A stretch of 53,611 nucleotides of DNA from Paraspadella gotoi. Lineage: Eukaryota > Animalia > Chaetognatha. Location of the stretch: positions 6,197,744 to 6,251,354 of the forward strand of contig CM119270.1 in assembly GCA_051294375.1 (NCBI GenBank), written 5' to 3'. Position numbers and translations under genes: made by a program. Positions within the stretch are counted from its first letter, which is position 1. Every line of letters begins with the position of its first letter. Under the pieces are notes generated by a model that had not been told where the DNA came from, did no database searches, and saw only the letters and a list, made by a program, of their open reading frames with translations. Of this stretch, positions 47,817 to 53,611 are shown in pieces.

Positions 47817-50800
47817 ATATTTTTGACGCGAGGTCGATGACTGTCGTGGTGAATCGGGTGAGGTGCATAGTTAAGAATTCTGCGGGTCGGGTCGGTGTAG
47901 TTCGCTTTGGGACTCCGTATTGTATGCTTGTAGTGAGATAAGGTTGTTAACGGTTATTGGTGTTCGGTCCGAACTTGCTAAAAATGGTCAGAAGGTTGTT
48001 TGATTGTGTTCTTTCTTCGCTTGGTGTCTTCCAGACTGGCGTGATCAGGGATCGTATTTTCTTTTTTCTCCTTTTGACTTTTTTAATTTTCTTTTCTCTT
48101 TTTTTTTTTTCTATTGTTTTGACTTTTTCTTTCTTTTCCTTTTTTGTCTCTTCTTATCTTGGTTTTTCTTCTTTCGTCACTTTCTTTTTTTTTCGTTGGT
48201 TTTTTCCTTCAATCTCGGGATTTCTGCTCGCCTTTAAAACAAGATTTCAATCTGAAACCCAAACGTGAAAAGAACCTTCCGGTAACGTCACAGAATCGAT
48301 GTTCCTTGTTAAGCGAGAATAGTTTCGAAAGAATCTTGCCGCTTGGTTCAGAAAGATTGAGGGCCATACAATATGCGACGTCACGGTTTGGAGACGATCG
48401 TCGTATGCGTGTCGTATGTCGTCGTCATCAGAGCGTGTGTGTGCGTTCTCGTCGTCCGTTCGGCATTGAGCAGTGTAGTGGCGTAAAACCAGAAAGAGAT
48501 GAAAAGAAGAGGGTAGAAATTTGTGTGGCGGGAACAAGACGGTGCGGTTGAGTACCTTGGTAATACTCAAGAAACAAGAAAGTAGCGTACAGTGACGCAG
48601 TTATTCGAATCAACGTATTTGTGAGTTTTGGGCAAAGAAAACAGAAAAAGCCCTCTGGCTTAAATTTCATAGTACTGCCCTCCCATGCCGCTAAAAAAAG
48701 TGTCGCTCACGAAAGTTATTGCAGCAACCAGAAAACGGTGGCGCGTTGAAGATTGGCGCGCAACACTTTGAGCCTATAAATTGGTTGGCGCCCCGAAAAT
48801 GGGTGGAAACGGGTAGGATTTTTTGGAAATCCTGTGGCGGCGCTGACGGATATTCATAGGAGGGGTAAGGTGGAAGTGCTTTGATTCAATGGAGTTGAAA
48901 GCGCGCTCTAGTGAATTCTCCAACGAGAGAGAGAGAGAGATCGAGGGAGAGAGAGAGAGAGAGAGAGGACGAGAAGAGAGAGAGAGAGAGAGAGAGGGAG
49001 GAGAAGACTGATAGGTAAATCTATCCGTAACGGATGTACACCCATGACAGTGAAAAGACTTTTTTTTACAAGTGAGCGTTCGAATTGAGGAACAAAAAGG
49101 GAAAGGGCAAGAGAGAGAGAGAGAGAGAGAGGAGAGAGGAGAGAGAGATGAGAGAGAGAGAGAGAAGAGAGAAGAGGAGGAGAAGAGAAGAGAGGGAAAT
49201 AAGAAACAGCTGGAAGGAAGACAAGAAGTGGAGAATAGGGAGGAGTGAAGGAGAGAGCGAAGAAGAGGAAGAACAAGAAGGAATAAGAAAAGGAACAAAA
49301 AGGCGAAATATGGGAAAAAAAATACGAAGAAAAAATAAAGTATATGTGTATATGTGATTATAAAGCGCAGAATCATAGGTATTATGTCAGTGATTGTACA
49401 GCGTAATTGTAATTACTGAGTGGAACTGGCTAAATCCTTGATAAGTTGTATTTTACCGTTACCATCAAAGTACGAGAATAGAAAATATTCTCTTGTATTC
49501 CTAGGTTTCAATGTTTTAGATCATCAAAAACCTCTTAATATGTCAGGTCGAAAAGGTTATGGAAGAGAGAGAGAGAGAGAGGAGAGGAAGAGAGAAGAGA
49601 GAGAGAGAAGAGAGAGAGAGAGAGGGACAACTCCGAAGTACTCGGACAGTCGAAACGCCATTTCAATCGTGGTCAAATCTTTAGGGTAACGGGTTTAAAT
49701 TTCTGTTAATCAATGCTTCTCTCTGGCTTTCTACTCTCTCTCTCTCATCGTCTTCCTTCTCTCGTCTCTCTACACATCTGCTCTGCTCTCTCTCTCTCCT
49801 CTCTCTCCCATCTCTCTCTCTCTCTTTCTCTTTCTCTTCTCTCTTCTCACTGCCCTTTTCGCTTTTAGTATAATCGCGGTCCATAACCATGCGCTTAGTT
49901 TCCACACTCGTCGTTCGGCAGCTTTGCATTTTCTTTTTTTTTGTTTGAATTCACTGTTCATTTCTGGCCTCACGGCCGAAGCTGGTGAAAGAAAATAACA
50001 AACCGTGAGTTTCTTTTTTTTTTGCCAGGTAACTTTTTGAGGTCACGAGTCAATTTCATGTTGTTGGTTTCAGGATCTGAAAGATGTTTGCGGTGGCGAT
50101 TGCTGTTTGCTTATTTTTGTTATTTTAAACTTTGTGTTCTCGGAGCTGGGTTTGGTAATTCATGATTCACGAGGACATTCAATGGAAATATTTCTGCTCT
50201 TTTTCGGGTTCTTTTGGCGGTCTCATAATTTTAAATGTGAACGAGTTGTCGAATGAACAATCTGTTTGTTCAAGTTAACGAAATGCATCTAAACTAGAAA
50301 CCTTAATTTCTTTCATTCGTCGCAGTTTTTTTTTTTTTTTCAATCATGGAGAATAAAGTCAGTTGATATAAGTTGTTCATCCAAACGCTGCGTCTTGTTA
50401 TATAATCCGAAGTTATTCCCGTGCCCCCCACACTTTATTCTCCACTAGTAGCATGCTCCTAAGCTTTTCTAGCTGGAACTTTTTCGCCTCCCGACTGGCA
50501 AATTTCTGCCCCTTAACAGCCATCAAGTATTTCTTATCTCTCGATCCCTTAAGTTCCGCCAAAGACGCTCTAGTGCCACGGACGACGCTCCACCTCGGTC
50601 TGACCCGCCACGCTATCGACAAACCCTTCATGCGTCGTCTAAGCCGCGTCCCTTGCATTCGTGGCAACTCGTCGAACGTTCCCCCTTAAGTTCGTAACTT
50701 CGCCATTTTCATCCGGCTACGGTATTCGCGATATATCGCAGTATTCTTCACAAACGTTATATTTTTATGACTAGCTACTTAGTTATATTATNNNNNNNNN

Positions 50801-51803
50801 NNNNNNNNNNNNNNNNATATTTTTGACGGCATTTGACCGAATTTTATGACGTTTGTCGGTCGAACTTCTAAAAATCAAAGGTTTATTATTTTCTTCTTTC
50901 TTTTCCTTTTCTTTCCTCGACTATTTTCTTTTTTTCTCCTTTTGACTTTTTTATATTTTCCTTTTCTCTTTTTTTTTTCTTTTGTTTTACTTTTTCTTTT
51001 CTTTCTTTTTTCTCTTCTTATCTTGTTTTTCTTCTTTCGTTCACTTTCTTTTTTTTTCTTGTTTTTTTTCCCTTCAATCCTCGGGATTTCTCCGCCTTTA
51101 AACCAAGATTTTCAATCTGAACCCAACTCGAAAAGACCTCCGTAACGTAACAGAATCGATTTCTTCGTTACGAGAATAGTTTCAGATGAAATCCTTGCCG
51201 CTTGGCTTCAGAAAGATTGAGGCCTACAATATGGCCATCGGTCCGTGGACGACGACGTCGTCGTTGTCGTCGTCATCGTCGTCGTCCTCGATGTCGTCGT
51301 CGTTGTCGTCGTCTTCGTCGTCCCGTTCGGCTTGAGCAGTTTAGTGCGTAAAACCGAAAAGAGATGAAAACGAGAAGGGTAGAAATTTTGGCGGGAAAAG
51401 ACGGTGAGTGAGTACGCACTTTGGCGTAATACTCAAAACAAAAGAGTGCGTACAGTGACGCAGTTATCGAACCAGTATTTATGTCGACGTTTTGGCGCAA
51501 AAAGATTCAAAAATTCTGTAAATTCATAGTACTCCCTATTGCGCTAAAAAAATGGTGCTCAAAAAGTTATGACGCACAGAAAAGGGTGGCGCGTTGAAGA
51601 TTGGCGCGCAACACGTTGACCTATAAAATTGTGGCGCATTGTGGAAACGGGTAGGGATTTTGGAATCCTTGGGGGCGTGACGGATATTCATAGGGGGGGC
51701 TAAGATGGAAAGGCTTATTGAGTTTCAATGGATGAAAGCCGCGCTCTAGTGAATTACCCAACGAGAGAGAGAGAGAGACGAGGAGAGAGAGAGAGAGAGA
51801 GAG

Positions 51804-51849
<46 letters not shown>

Positions 51850-52375
51850 TGATAGGCCATTCACCGACGGATTACAACCCATGAAGTGAAACAGACTCTT
51901 TTTTTACAAGTGAGCGTCGAATTGAGGAACAAAAGAGGAAAGGGCAAGAGTGGAGAGAGAGAAGAGAGAGAGAGAAGAGAGAGAAGAGAGAGAGAGAAGA
52001 GAGAGAGAGAGAAGAGAGAAAAGAGAGAGAGAGAAGAGAGAGAAGAGAGAGAAAAAGAAACAGCTGAAAGGAAACAAGAAGGTGGAGATAGGGAGGAGTA
52101 AGTGAGAAGGAGAAGCTGGAAAGAAAGAGAAGATAAAGGAAAAATATAACAATACGTATAATATATATATTTATATATTTATCTGCAAGATATTGTAAAG
52201 CGTATTTATTACTGTGAAATGGCTAAATCCTGATAACGTGTATTTTACCGTCCATAGTACCGAGAATAGAAAATATTCTTTATTCCATTTCATGTTTTGA
52301 ATCACAAAAACCTCTTTGAATATTCAGGTCGAAAAGGTTATGGAGAGAGAGAGAGAGAGAGAGGAGAGAGAAGAG

Positions 52376-52418
<43 letters not shown>

Positions 52419-52496
52419 CCAACTCCGGAAGTACTCCAGTCGAAACGCCATTCAATCTCGGTCAAATATTTAGGCGTTAAACTTTAATATTCGTGT

Positions 52497-52542
<46 letters not shown>

Positions 52543-53430
52543 CTCTCTCCTCTCTCTCTCTCTTCTCTCTTCTCTTCTCTCTCTCTCTCTCTCTCTCATC
52601 TCTTTCTCACTGCCCTTTTCCTTTTAGTAGTGAAATCCAGGTCCATAACCATGGCTTGAGTTTCACATCTCGTATTTCCACTTTCATTTTCTTTTTTTTT
52701 TTTAATTCACATTTATTTCTGGCCTCAGGCCGAAACCGTGAAAAAAAAATAACAGAAACGTGATTTCTTTTTTTTTCCAGGGCAACTTTTTGAGTCAGAG
52801 TCAATTTCATTTTTTTTCAGGATTCGAAAATGTTGCGGGTGGCGATTCTCGTTTTGCTTATTTTTTTATTTTAAACTTTGTTTTCCTCGGAGCTTTTGTA
52901 ATTATATTCACAGGACATTCCAATGAAATTTCTGCTCTTTTTCGGTTCTTTTGGCGTCTCATAATTTAAATGTAACATTTCGAATAACAATCTGTTTTCA
53001 AGTTAACGAAATCATTAAACTAAAACTTAATTTCTTTCAATTCGTCGCAGTTTTTTTTTTTCAATCATGGAGAAAAAGTCATTAGTATATTTCATCCAAA
53101 CCTGCGTCTTTATAAATCCCATATTTCTCCCCCCCCAACACTTTATCTCCCCACTATAGCATCTCCTAACTTTTCACTCGGAACTTTTTCGCCTCCCGAC
53201 TCAATTTCTGCCCCTTAACATCAACGTATTTCTTATCTCTCGATCCCTTAATTTCGCCAAAGACGCTCTTAGTGCCACCGGCCACCCGCCACTATCAGCC
53301 TTCATCTCCGACTTCCCTTGCATCGTCGAACGATTCCCCTTCAAGTCTCGTAACTTCCATTTCTCTCCTACGTACTCAGGATAATCATCTATCTCAAATC
53401 TTATATTATTTATACTATTAGTTATATTAT
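47817..53430 (+). repeat. Tandem duplication around a 25-N gap (47817-50791, noisier; 50817-~53430)
   Basis: Colinear throughout, e.g. GGTGGCGCGTTGAAGATTGGCGCGCAACAC at ~48737 and ~51585, and CAGGTCGAAAAGGTTATGG at ~49544 and ~52325; gap at 50792-50816. Confidence 0.9.
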
Positions 53431-53595
53431 TATTTTATATATATATATTATAATATTCACCAACCCCCTCACCACATTACCCCATTACGCTCCACACCTC
53501 CCCCCCCGACATCCCTGCCTCCCAACTGACGCATTTTGAAGTCGAAGAGTCAGAATCAAATTTCTCCTTTCCATTAGCCGCGACCCACCTCTTCT
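53130..53595 (-). CDS. Candidate last two coding exons of an unidentified gene entering from the right edge
   Basis: Minus strand RWVAANGKEKFDSDSSTSKCVSWEAGMSGGEVWSVMG.., then an AT-rich 61-bp GT..AG segment (53460-53400), then FEIDDYPEYVGEKWKLRDLKGNRSTMQGKSEMKADSG and (frame slip) GGTKSVFGEIKGSRDKKYVDVKGQKLSREAKKF. The frames do not join cleanly. Confidence 0.3.
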
Positions 53596-53611
53596 CTCTC
53601 TCTCTCTCCGT

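Overview
Eukaryotic (most likely invertebrate animal) genomic DNA from a draft, partly unpolished long-read or gap-filled assembly. It is dense in (AG)n/(CT)n, (CGA)n/(TCG)n and (TAA)n microsatellites and has six N gaps. Almost all ORFs in the supplied track are low-complexity or chance frames. Best-supported content: (1) a ~5.1 kb LTR retroelement at 1906-7032 on the minus strand, with TG..CA LTRs of ~0.7 kb, a PPT-like G tract, a degenerate gag-like region and no recognisable pol, inserted in a (TAA)n tract; (2) five frameshift-ridden minus-strand segments between ~47.1 kb and ~18.65 kb whose motifs occur in the order expected for a divergent DEG/ENaC/ASIC-family channel gene; (3) extensive duplications differing mostly by indels (13741-16870 tandem; ~23100-32700 as a very noisy copy of ~15800-21750; duplicated flanks around two 25-N gaps), which look like assembly artefacts; (4) an AT-rich block of different composition at ~33.2-36.4 kb. 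I found no CRISPR array, rRNA, intact tRNA or prokaryote-type system. All alignments and family calls were made by eye and need computational confirmation.
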